A DNA stretch of 64,000 bases. It comes from an uncultured Acidobacteriota bacterium (lineage in GTDB: Bacteria; Acidobacteriota; Thermoanaerobaculia; Multivoradales; SZUA-115). The position numbers were made by a program, and so were the translations under genes. The stretch is taken from the NCBI GenBank assembly GCA_963805975.1, contig CAWDVR010000006.1, forward strand, positions 64,001 to 128,000, given 5' to 3'. Shown here one piece after another: positions 27,592-36,161 of the stretch (within the stretch, counting starts at the first letter, position 1; every line of letters starts with the position of its first letter). Below the pieces are notes generated by a model that saw only the letters and a program-made list of their open reading frames with translations, was not told the DNA's origin and made no database searches.

Positions 27592-28563
27592 ATGCGCGCC
27601 AGCCGCCTCCTGTCCCTCCTCATGCTGCTCCAGCTCCGGGGGCGCGTTTCGGCCTCGGCGCTGGCGCGCGAGCTCGAGGTGTCGGTCCGCACGATCTACC
27701 GGGACGTCGAGGCGCTGAGCGCCGGAGGCGTGCCGATCTACGCCGAGCCGGGCCGCAACGGCGGCGTTGCGCTCTCCGACGGGTTCCGGACCCGCTTGAC
27801 TGGGCTCACCCGCGGCGAGGCGGCAAGCCTGCCGTTTGCGGGGCTCGCCGGGGCGGCGAAGGACCTGGGCCTCGGCGCGGAAGCGGCGGCGGCGCAGCTC
27901 AAGCTCCTGGCGAGCCTGCCCGCCGATTCGGGCGCGAGCGCGCAGCGCATCGCGGAGCGGTTCCATCTCGATCCGCTGCCCTGGTATCACCGGGCGGAGA
28001 CGCTGGAGTGCCTGCCCGCGCTCGCCGGCGCGGTGTGGCGCGAGCGCAAGGTCCGGATCGAGTACGAGAGCTGGAAGGGCGGCCTGATGCGCGAGCTGGA
28101 GCCGCTCGGCCTGGTGCTCAAGGGAGGCCTCTGGTACCTCGTGGCCTCGGAACGCGGACAGCCGCGGACCTATCGTGTGTCGAGCATCGCCAAGCTCGAC
28201 GTCCTCGAGGAGGGGTTCGGGCGACCGGCGCGGTTCGACCTGGCGCGTTACTGGCCCGGATGGATCGAGGAGTTCGAGGCGCGACTGATGAGCGAGACGG
28301 CTACCGTGCGGCTGTCTCCCGAAGGACGCCGCATCCTGCGCGCCACGAGCCCGGTCACCGCCGAGAGCGCCGAGGCGACGCAGCGCGCCTCCTCGGTGCA
28401 GGGCTGGATCGAGGCCGAGGTCCCCATCGAGACGCCCGAGTACTCGGCGCGCCAGCTCCTTCGGCTGGGGGCCGAGGTCGAAGTGCTGGCGCCGCCCGAG
28501 CTGCGCGAGGCGATTGCCCGCGAGGCCGCGAACGTGGCGGCGCTCTACGCGATGCGGAGATGA
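27592..28563 (+). CDS. HTH-WYL-WCX transcriptional regulator (YafY/DriD-like)
   Basis: MRASRLL, LARELEVSVRTIYRD HTH, LEPLGLVLKGGLWYLVA, RTYRVSSI, VEVLAPPELR. Confidence 0.93.
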   Translation: MRASRLLSLLMLLQLRGRVSASALARELEVSVRTIYRDVEALSAGGVPIYAEPGRNGGVALSDGFRTRLTGLTRGEAASLPFAGLAGAAKDLGLGAEAAAAQLKLLASLPADSGASAQRIAERFHLDPLPWYHRAETLECLPALAGAVWRERKVRIEYESWKGGLMRELEPLGLVLKGGLWYLVASERGQPRTYRVSSIAKLDVLEEGFGRPARFDLARYWPGWIEEFEARLMSETATVRLSPEGRRILRATSPVTAESAEATQRASSVQGWIEAEVPIETPEYSARQLLRLGAEVEVLAPPELREAIAREAANVAALYAMRR

Positions 28564-28566
28564 TGC

Positions 28567-30318
28567 CTACCGCAGGCTCACCTTGCGGCTGAGCTTGCCG
28601 CCCTTCACGCTGTCGTACTCGACGGTGACCTCGCCGTCGCCTTCCACCAGGAAGTAGAGCAGCCGGGTGGAGAGGCCCGGGACTCCCGGCACCTGCAGCC
28701 GGTTGGGGCGCTCGCGCTGCAGCTCCATGCGGCGCAGCCACGGGTCGTCGATCAGGCCGCTGGCGATCACCCTGCCCCCCTCGACGGATGCGATGTCCTG
28801 CCGGTGCAGGTGGTCCTGCACCGCGATGGCGGTCATCGAGGGGATGCCGCGGTCGTTGGTCACCGGCACCTCGAGCTTCCACAGGCGCGGCCCGACCTTC
28901 GCGACCGAGGGCTCGCCCAGGGAGAGGCGCGGCAGGTGGTGGGCGTTGAACAGCACGAAGACGCTGTTGCGGTGCACCTCCTCGGTGAGCATCCAACCCT
29001 CGGGCACACGGCTGACGTCGTGGCGGTAGCCGCCGACCTCGACCGTGCCGTACTGCGGGTGCTCGACCTTCTTCCACGGCACGAACTGCCGGCCGAGGGT
29101 CAGCAGGTCGCTGAACCGGATCTCCTCGCGGTCCGTGGCCGTGCCGTCGGCGTCGAGGTCGGTGGGCGCCTGGTACATCTCGTTGGTGAAGGCCACCGCG
29201 CCGTGGATGCGGTAGAAGTGCTCGGTGGTGCCGCCGAACACCGGGTACAGATCCTTCCAGGTGATGAAGTACTTGTAGCCGGGAAGGAGCTTCTCGCCTT
29301 CCTTGCCGATCAAGTCGTAGACCTTGAGGTCGGCCGGGGGGTAGGGCGGGTCGGTCTTGGCGTCCGGGCCGCGCAGGATCATGCGGCCGTTGTTGTGGAA
29401 GCTCTGCACGGCGCCGATGTTCTCGTGCGTCATGGCCCAGAGGGCGATCGAGCGCGTCTCGGGGATGGCGAGCGGATAGGCGCCGGCGCCGTTCTGCACG
29501 TACTCCGGCTGCCAGCCCCAGCCCCAGGTGCGGTTGGGGTCGACGTAGCCGATCGTGTCCTCGTTCACCCGGCCATCGCCGTCGTTGTCCTGGCCCTCCT
29601 CGCCGAGCAGCATGTAGTCGCCGAGCTCGTCGCCCTCGACCTCGACCAGCAGGCGTGGGTCCTTGGCATCGATGCGATGGCTGCCCATGCCCATCGGCAC
29701 CTTCTTGCGCATCTGGGTGATGACGCCGTCACCGTCCAGGTCGTCGTAGCCGTCTTCGTCCGTCTTGCCGTCGCGATCGTCGTCCACCGGCACCATCACC
29801 GTGCGCGGGAAGTGCGCCGTCGACGGACCGGTGAACCAGTGGGCGCGGCCGTCCGGGTTGACCATCGGCACGAAGTAGAAGGCGGCGCGGTCGAGAAGCT
29901 CGGTGATGCGGTCCAGCTTGCCGTAGTTCTGAAGCAGGAAGTCGAGGGTGTAGAGCGTCGCCTCCGTGCCCTGCACCTCGTTGGCGTGGGTGTTGCCGTC
30001 CACGTACATCGCCGGCTTGGCGCGGTCGGGCCCGGTGGCCGGGTTGTTGAGGGTGACGAGCCACATGTCGCGGCCCTCGATGCTCTTGCCGATTGACTCG
30101 AGCTTCACCCAGCTCGGGTAGGCGCTGGCGTAGCCCTGGAGAAGAGAGGTCACCTGCTCGTAGGTCATCAGGCGATCGAAGTGGGGCTCGGGTGCTTTGC
30201 CTTTGGCCTCGAGAGGCTTCGGAGCCGCGAGCGCCGGGCTCGCAGGGAGGACGCTGCCCAGGGCCAGGCAACAGAGCACCAGGCCGGCCCGGGCGTGGGT
30301 CGAGTGGGTAGTGCTCAT
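28567..30318 (-). CDS. Secreted M14 zinc carboxypeptidase
   Basis: Signal peptide; GKSIEGR, GNTHANE (HxxE), NPDG, DPNR, PET, SFHNNG, FTNE; DxDxDG motifs. Confidence 0.88.
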   Translation of the reverse strand: MSTTHSTHARAGLVLCCLALGSVLPASPALAAPKPLEAKGKAPEPHFDRLMTYEQVTSLLQGYASAYPSWVKLESIGKSIEGRDMWLVTLNNPATGPDRAKPAMYVDGNTHANEVQGTEATLYTLDFLLQNYGKLDRITELLDRAAFYFVPMVNPDGRAHWFTGPSTAHFPRTVMVPVDDDRDGKTDEDGYDDLDGDGVITQMRKKVPMGMGSHRIDAKDPRLLVEVEGDELGDYMLLGEEGQDNDGDGRVNEDTIGYVDPNRTWGWGWQPEYVQNGAGAYPLAIPETRSIALWAMTHENIGAVQSFHNNGRMILRGPDAKTDPPYPPADLKVYDLIGKEGEKLLPGYKYFITWKDLYPVFGGTTEHFYRIHGAVAFTNEMYQAPTDLDADGTATDREEIRFSDLLTLGRQFVPWKKVEHPQYGTVEVGGYRHDVSRVPEGWMLTEEVHRNSVFVLFNAHHLPRLSLGEPSVAKVGPRLWKLEVPVTNDRGIPSMTAIAVQDHLHRQDIASVEGGRVIASGLIDDPWLRRMELQRERPNRLQVPGVPGLSTRLLYFLVEGDGEVTVEYDSVKGGKLSRKVSLR

Positions 30319-32444
30319 CGCGAGGCCCCCTTTCCGCCGGCCGGCCTCTCGCCGGCCGTCCTGACCCGCGCCTGGGCGAGGTCGATCGTCTCCCGGTCGC
30401 TGCCGGCATTGTCCGTCTTCAAGGTGACCGCCAGCTTCGCCTTGGGACCGGCCTGGACCAGCCACTCGGCCTCGAGCGTGCCGATCTTGCCCTCCAGGCT
30501 CTCGCTGGTCACCGCCGACGTGCCGGCGAGCAGCACCGCGCCGTCGCCGGCCTCGAGCGTCAGCCGCACCGGCAGGTGGGCGCGGGCCTTGACCGCCAGC
30601 TTGGTGTGCGTGGGAAAGGTGCCGCGGTTGCCGGCCACGGCCCGCACTCGGTAGACACCGCCGCCCAGGCTCTCGGTCTCGACCGCGAGGATCTCGACCG
30701 CGGCGAGCTTGCCGGCGAGATCCAGCACCGTCGCCGTGTGGGCCTTCGCGGCCGGGGCGAGCGTCGCGAGCGGCGGTGCGACGTCGACGAACGGGTCGAG
30801 GCCGCCGGCCTCGGCCTTCGTGCCGTCGGAAAGGGTGACCTGCTTCCAGGCCGAGAACGCGTCGGGCGCGTTGGCGTCCACCCAGGCCAGCACCTCCCGT
30901 CGCCGCTCGGTCGCCGCATCGTCCTTCTCGGCTCCGGCCTCGTCCTTGGCGCCCATCTGCTGCGCCATCTTCGCCATCTGCTCCGGCGTCACCTGGTCGG
31001 TCTGGACGCGCTCGATCAGCGCCTCCGCGGTGAACTGCGGCGGGGCCTTGATGCGCTTCAGGAAGTCTGCCACCTGCTCGGCCGAGAGCTTGAGGAACTC
31101 TTCCTTGCTCATGCCGCCGAGGCGCTTCAAGGTCAGCGGCTCGTCCTTGCCCGCCTCTTCCTTCTTCACCTTGGGCACGCCCCACACGTCGAGCTCGAGG
31201 GTGAGCGCCCCGTACTGGTAGTAGGCCCAGGGTGTGAGGCCGCCTTCGCCGTACTGGCCGCCGGGCCGCTCGCTGTCGAGGCCCGCCGCCTTGAGGCGCT
31301 CCTTGTAGGCCTTGCCCAGCTCGGTGAGCAGGGCCTGGTCCTCGTCGGCCACCTTGGTCGCCGGGCCGGCGCCCAGGAACTGCGCGACCTGGTCCTTGCT
31401 CAGGCCCTGGCGCTTGACCACGGGATGGTCCTTGGCGACCTCCCAGATCTCGTCGATCGTGTACTCCTGCTCGGGGTCGAGGCCGAGAGCGCCGGCGATC
31501 TGCGTCGGCACCTTGAGCTTGAGCGTGCCGGCATCGGCGCCGCGGCCCAGGCCCTCGGGCGCGGCCAGCAGGTTGTTGGCCGGTCCGTAGACCACGGCCA
31601 GGGCGACGTTCTTGTGCGCCAGGAGAAAGTCGAGGACCGCCTTGGTCTCGGGCGTCGAGCCCGGCCACGGGCCGGCGCCCGGGTCGGGATGAGGGAAGGC
31701 GTGGGGGAAGTTGCGGTCGGGCGCAGCGCCACCGGCGCCGTCCTCGTTGAAAGCGCCGTCCTCGTCGTCGTCCCTGCCCTCGGTCTCGACACGGAAGCCG
31801 CCCGCCCAGCCCTTGGCCGCATCGGCTCGCACCATCAGGCGCGGCTCCTGCGGATGGGGCAGCCAGCCCCCGGCCGGGTCGGGGATGCGCAGCCTGGTGA
31901 TCCGGCCGTCGCCGTCCAGGTCGTCGGCGCCGTCCTCCGCGACGAAGCCGTCGCGGTCGCGGTCGAGGCGGCCGGAGGTTCCCGAGCGGCGTTCGGCAAC
32001 GGCGGCGAACAGGCCGTCGTGGGCGTCCGGGTTGAGCATCGGGGCCACGTAGAAGGTGCGGGTCGCGAGCAGCTTCGCCGCCTCTCCCTCGGCGGCGAGG
32101 AGGGTCGCGATCAGGTCGAGCGCCGCCTCGGTGCCGGCGTTGTGGAAGCCGACGATGTTGGCGCCCACGAACACGGCCGGCCGTTCCTCCGGCGGCACCG
32201 GGCCGGGGGAGGCGAGGGTCGCCACCCACAGATCCTTGCCGGCGGACGATTTGCCGATCGAGGCAAGCTGCAGAGGCTTTCCGCTGGCCTTGGCCCACTC
32301 GCCGAGCTGCCGCTCGACCTCGGCCACGGAGTGATATTCGCCGTAGTCCACGGCAGCCGCGGGTGCTGCCGTTACGAGGCTCGCCAGGGCGAGCCCCAGA
32401 CCGGCCAGCGCGGCGAGACGTTCTTTCGAGCACGATCGCTTCAC
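30315..32444 (-). CDS. Secreted M14-fold paralogue lacking canonical zinc ligands
   Basis: Signal peptide; IGKSSAG, NPDA, DRNFP, PET present but ANIVGF in place of HxxE and VVYG in place of the second His; GTG start with GGGAGG RBS. Confidence 0.8.
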   Translation of the reverse strand: MKRSCSKERLAALAGLGLALASLVTAAPAAAVDYGEYHSVAEVERQLGEWAKASGKPLQLASIGKSSAGKDLWVATLASPGPVPPEERPAVFVGANIVGFHNAGTEAALDLIATLLAAEGEAAKLLATRTFYVAPMLNPDAHDGLFAAVAERRSGTSGRLDRDRDGFVAEDGADDLDGDGRITRLRIPDPAGGWLPHPQEPRLMVRADAAKGWAGGFRVETEGRDDDEDGAFNEDGAGGAAPDRNFPHAFPHPDPGAGPWPGSTPETKAVLDFLLAHKNVALAVVYGPANNLLAAPEGLGRGADAGTLKLKVPTQIAGALGLDPEQEYTIDEIWEVAKDHPVVKRQGLSKDQVAQFLGAGPATKVADEDQALLTELGKAYKERLKAAGLDSERPGGQYGEGGLTPWAYYQYGALTLELDVWGVPKVKKEEAGKDEPLTLKRLGGMSKEEFLKLSAEQVADFLKRIKAPPQFTAEALIERVQTDQVTPEQMAKMAQQMGAKDEAGAEKDDAATERRREVLAWVDANAPDAFSAWKQVTLSDGTKAEAGGLDPFVDVAPPLATLAPAAKAHTATVLDLAGKLAAVEILAVETESLGGGVYRVRAVAGNRGTFPTHTKLAVKARAHLPVRLTLEAGDGAVLLAGTSAVTSESLEGKIGTLEAEWLVQAGPKAKLAVTLKTDNAGSDRETIDLAQARVRTAGERPAGGKGASR

Positions 32445-32532
32445 ACAGTCCTCCCTTCCGCCTTTGGCGGCTGCGTTCGATATACGGGGAGGGGGAAGAA
32501 AGGTTCGTCCTGAGAGTAGAATCCCGGAGGTC

Positions 32533-33438
32533 ATGGATCTCAGCGACGAGCTGCGCCGCCTGGTGGTGCTGCTCCAGAAGACGCTCCGGCGCGCCAGTCT
32601 CACCCAGCGCCGGGTGAGCGTGCGCCTGGGGCAGCACCCGAACTATCTCTCGCAGGTCTTCGCCGGCAAAGCCCGCCTCAAAGAGGACGTGGTGTTTCGC
32701 GTGCTGCGGCTCTGCGGCGTGGCGGTCGAGGATTTCTACGCCGAGCTGGCGGCGGGCGGCCGGCGGCCGGTGGCGGTCCGGGTCGAGGCGGGCCCGGGAG
32801 GCGCCGTTGCGGGCACTGCGAGCCGTGCCGGTGGGCAGGCCGGACCGGTGTCGCCGGCCGAGGCGCGCCGCTTCATTCGCGAGGCCCTGTCGGTTCGGCA
32901 AGAGGCGGGCAGCGCGAGAGAGGCACGGCCTCCGGCGCAGAGCGACCGCCGCCGCGAACAGTTGGAGGCCAGCCGTCACAGCGCCCGCGTCAAGACCCTG
33001 CTACGGGCCAAGATCCGGCGTGCGGGCCTGCGCCAGCGCGATATCAGCCGCCGGTTGGGCGAGCACCCGGACTATCTGAGCCAGGTGCTGCGCGGCAACG
33101 TGGTGCTCAAGGCGGAACACGTCCTCGCCGTCCTCTGCGAGCTGGAAATCGCGCCCGCGGCGTTCTACGGCGAGCTCTACGCCGGCGTGCCGCAGGTCAC
33201 CGCCGTCGCAGATCCAGGGCGCGAGCTGGTGCGCGGCGTGAGCTGGGGGGAGATTCTGGCCCTGATCGACGCCGAGCTCGAGGCCAGCGCCAGGCGGCGC
33301 AGCGTGCAACTGGCACCCACGGCCGGGGACTCTACGGCGAGCGGACGCGCTTCCGGCCCTCCCGCCGTGCGGCGAGCGCGAAGAAGCCGACCAGCCCGAA
33401 AATCGCCCGTCGAAGTGCTTTCATGGTCGCGCGAGTAG
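32533..33438 (+). CDS. Tandem Xre-type helix-turn-helix protein (two HTH repeats)
   Basis: GGAGG RBS; repeats LTQRRVSVRLGQHPNYLSQVFAG..L and LRQRDISRRLGEHPDYLSQVLRG..L, each ending FYxEL. Confidence 0.8.
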   Translation: MDLSDELRRLVVLLQKTLRRASLTQRRVSVRLGQHPNYLSQVFAGKARLKEDVVFRVLRLCGVAVEDFYAELAAGGRRPVAVRVEAGPGGAVAGTASRAGGQAGPVSPAEARRFIREALSVRQEAGSAREARPPAQSDRRREQLEASRHSARVKTLLRAKIRRAGLRQRDISRRLGEHPDYLSQVLRGNVVLKAEHVLAVLCELEIAPAAFYGELYAGVPQVTAVADPGRELVRGVSWGEILALIDAELEASARRRSVQLAPTAGDSTASGRASGPPAVRRARRSRPARKSPVEVLSWSRE

Positions 33439-33548
33439 CGCTCTGGCCAGGATGTCGGCGATTGCCGCGTGCATCTCGGCGTTGGGGATGCCGATCGACC
33501 ACGGCTGGGGGATCTCCCCGCCAGAACTGATCGTGCTGGGGTGGGCCT

Positions 33549-34775
33549 TCAGCCCTTCCGGCTCTGGATTCTCTTCAGCCGCTCCGCCACCTGGGTGATC
33601 GAGGCCACGGTGGCGGTGTGGGCGCGTGCCGCTTCGGCGAAGAGGAGGAGAGCGGCGGTGGCCTCGCGGGGGATGTCTCGGGAGACGAACACCGGGTACA
33701 TCTCGGTGGCGAGCTGCTCGACCTCTCGCATCTTGCCGAGCTGAGCGTAGAAGACGGCGAGGTCGAGAGCGGCCTGCGCCGCGTCGAAGGCCAGCCCCAA
33801 GTCGGCGAAGCGCTGGCGGACTGAGTCGAGGATCGAGACCGCTTCCTCGAGTTGGCCCAACCGCGCCAGCAACCGGCCTTCCACCCAGCGCTTGCGGAGC
33901 TTGAGGAGCGGACCGGCGGCCTCCTCGTACAGCATCTCCGAGCGTCCGAGAATTGCCATCGCGACCTGGGTTTGGCCCGCCTCCTCGAGATACAGGGCGA
34001 GGTTGTGAAGCGCGTAGAGCTTGAGCAGTGGGTCCTTTTCGCCGTCGGCGCGGCCTGCGGCGGTGACCACTGTCACGATGGCGTCTTCGAGACGGTCCGC
34101 CAGCCAGTAGGCACGGCTGAGTACCAAGAGCGTCTTGGCTTCCTGCTGTGGGTCCGAGATCGAGGCCTGGAGCTGCTGCGCCTCTTTCAACAGCTCGATC
34201 GCCTGTCGCAGGCGGCGCTGTTCGATGCGCAGAGACCCCTTGAGCGCGAGCAGCTTGGCTTTGAGCATCGGATCGCCACTGCCGAACACGAGATGGAACT
34301 GCGCACGGCTCCATGCCTCCTCGGCCTCGCGCAAGGCTCCCCGAACCTTGAGAGAATTGGCCAACGCTCCCCAAGCCTCTGCGCGCATGTCAGCGGTCAG
34401 GGCTGCGAGCCGCCCGGTAAAGGGCAATGCTTCCGCGCAGGCCACGGCGGCACGGGCCGCTGCGAGCATGGCCGCCGCGTCCGTATCGCGTTGTGTTTCG
34501 CTCTGCTCGATGAGCAGCTGGCAGGCCGACAGCGAGGCGGCTTGAGGATGAACTGCCAGCCAGCCCGGGTGCTCTTCGGCACCCAGCTGCAGGAGTTGCC
34601 GGCAGGTCGCCTCCGCGACCTCGGCGTCATCCGCTACGGGCAAGGATTCGCGTGCCGCGATCAAGCTACGGCGGATCGCGGCTTGGTAATGTGCCTCGTG
34701 TAGACGGCCGGATTCTTCCGAAACCGGAACGTCAGAGTGCGCACACTCCCTGACAGACCTCTCACTTGCGGCCAT
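33549..34775 (-). CDS. TPR-like all-helical protein, cytoplasmic
   Basis: TPR-type helices (AWGALANSLKVRGALREAEEAW, ALHNLALYLEEAG, LDLAVFYAQLGK); no signal peptide; start uncertain. Confidence 0.75.
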   Translation of the reverse strand: MAASERSVRECAHSDVPVSEESGRLHEAHYQAAIRRSLIAARESLPVADDAEVAEATCRQLLQLGAEEHPGWLAVHPQAASLSACQLLIEQSETQRDTDAAAMLAAARAAVACAEALPFTGRLAALTADMRAEAWGALANSLKVRGALREAEEAWSRAQFHLVFGSGDPMLKAKLLALKGSLRIEQRRLRQAIELLKEAQQLQASISDPQQEAKTLLVLSRAYWLADRLEDAIVTVVTAAGRADGEKDPLLKLYALHNLALYLEEAGQTQVAMAILGRSEMLYEEAAGPLLKLRKRWVEGRLLARLGQLEEAVSILDSVRQRFADLGLAFDAAQAALDLAVFYAQLGKMREVEQLATEMYPVFVSRDIPREATAALLLFAEAARAHTATVASITQVAERLKRIQSRKG

Positions 34776-34796
34776 TTCTTCGGCAGAGTGTACACG

Positions 34797-34824
34797 AAAG
34801 GAGAAAGGGGGACAAAGTCCCCCC
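34797..34824 (-). terminator. Intrinsic terminator after the small peptide gene
   Basis: Minus strand GGGGGAC-TTT-GTCCCCC followed by TTTCTCCTTT. Confidence 0.6.
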
Positions 34825-34879
34825 AACCTTGCCCAGGCCGTGTCAAACGGCCCTATCTCGGAGTGGGCGCTTCCTCCTA

Positions 34880-35167
34880 CTACCTCCCTCCGTAGGGATC
34901 ACACGAGGGACCGGACTTCGCCGCGGCCGACCGCGTTCTCTGCTCTACGCCGTCGGACCCGCCCCTCTCGGTGCTCTGGAACACGTCCGCGACCACCCGC
35001 CACCAGGCACCTAGGAAGTCGAAGGCGGCGAACACGGCCGAACGCGGTGCGGCATCGAAGGCGATCGGCCCGGCCAGAGCAGTGAAGGGCGTGAGGGTGA
35101 TTGCGAGCAGGGCAACGACGGCGGCGGCACGGCGTGAGCGCGCGAGCCTGGGGGTGGGGAATGACAT
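34880..35167 (-). CDS. 95-aa secreted protein ending GPSCDPYGGR (candidate signalling pro-peptide)
   Basis: AGGGAGGA RBS; Sec signal ending ALA-G; WW-containing amphipathic helix; polar linker; terminal DPxG. Confidence 0.7.
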   Translation of the reverse strand: MSFPTPRLARSRRAAAVVALLAITLTPFTALAGPIAFDAAPRSAVFAAFDFLGAWWRVVADVFQSTERGGSDGVEQRTRSAAAKSGPSCDPYGGR

Positions 35168-35434
35168 GAAAATCCTCCCTTTGCCGCCGCGGCGCAGCTC
35201 GGCGGCCACCGCGACCCCAGAGGCCCGCGTGCGGCGATCGGTGAGCCAGTATGGAGGACTAGGAACGTCGGGCCGCAGGTTTTTGCCGAATGAAGGAAGA
35301 AACAACGGTCGAGGAGCAAAAACGAACGGCTGTCGGATCCGTGCCCGTGGCGGCGGCGATTGGAGCGGAGTCGCTACCGGCGAGGCGGCCGGCGTTTTGG
35401 GCTTCTGATAGGTTTGGGTATCCGCTCCTCAACG

Positions 35435-36070
35435 ATGCACCGCGTACCGCTCTGGCTCAAGCTCGCCGTCACGGCCTGGATGCTGGTCTGGATACCGGCT
35501 TACTGGGTCATGAACGGGCCGGTCAACTTCCTCTGGTTCTGTGACCTGGCGAACCTGGTCATCGCCATCGCCATCTGGCGGGAGAGCCCGCTGCTCTTCT
35601 CCTCGCAGGCCGTTTCCGTGCTGCTGATCCAGATCGTCTGGATCCTCGACTTTGGCTGCGCCCTCCTCGCCGGGTTCCATCCGGTCGGTGGCACCGAGTA
35701 CATGTTCGACCCCATGGAACCTTTGTGGTTGCGGCTGCTGTCGCTCTTCCACGTGGTAGTGCCGGTGCTGCTGCTGTGGGCCATCGGCCGCCTGGGCTAC
35801 GACCCACGCGGCTGGAAACTACAGACCGCGATCTCCTGGGTGATGCTGCCGGTGACCTTCTGGCTCACCGACCCGGCGCTCAACATCAACTGGCTGTGGG
35901 GTCCTTTCGGCCTCGAGCAGACCCTGCTGCCGCCTTGGGCCTACCTGCTGTTCTGCATGGCCGCGTATCCGCTGGTGCTCTACCTGCCGACCCACTGGCT
36001 GCTCCTCCGCTGGGCTTCGTCGCGCCGTGGGCGCGGCCGAGATCCGCTGCCGCTCGCCGGCACGCCATGA
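35435..36070 (+). CDS. Integral membrane protein (about 6 TM), uncharacterised
   Basis: NFLWFCD, GGTEYMFD, LSLFH, NINW motifs; hydrophobic. Confidence 0.8.
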   Translation: MHRVPLWLKLAVTAWMLVWIPAYWVMNGPVNFLWFCDLANLVIAIAIWRESPLLFSSQAVSVLLIQIVWILDFGCALLAGFHPVGGTEYMFDPMEPLWLRLLSLFHVVVPVLLLWAIGRLGYDPRGWKLQTAISWVMLPVTFWLTDPALNINWLWGPFGLEQTLLPPWAYLLFCMAAYPLVLYLPTHWLLLRWASSRRGRGRDPLPLAGTP

Positions 36071-36161
36071 GCTGAACCCGGCTCCGATCAAGCTGAAACT
36101 CGAGGTGCGTTCGAGGCGTACCAGGAGATCGAGACCCGTCTGTCTTCTCGAGGAGCCCGCG

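Noticed and set aside
28567-32979. 1470-aa ORF as one giant protein
   Set aside because: Only the last 583 aa (from 30318) are M14-like; the rest is an Arg/Gly-rich off-frame shadow of the upstream paralogue.
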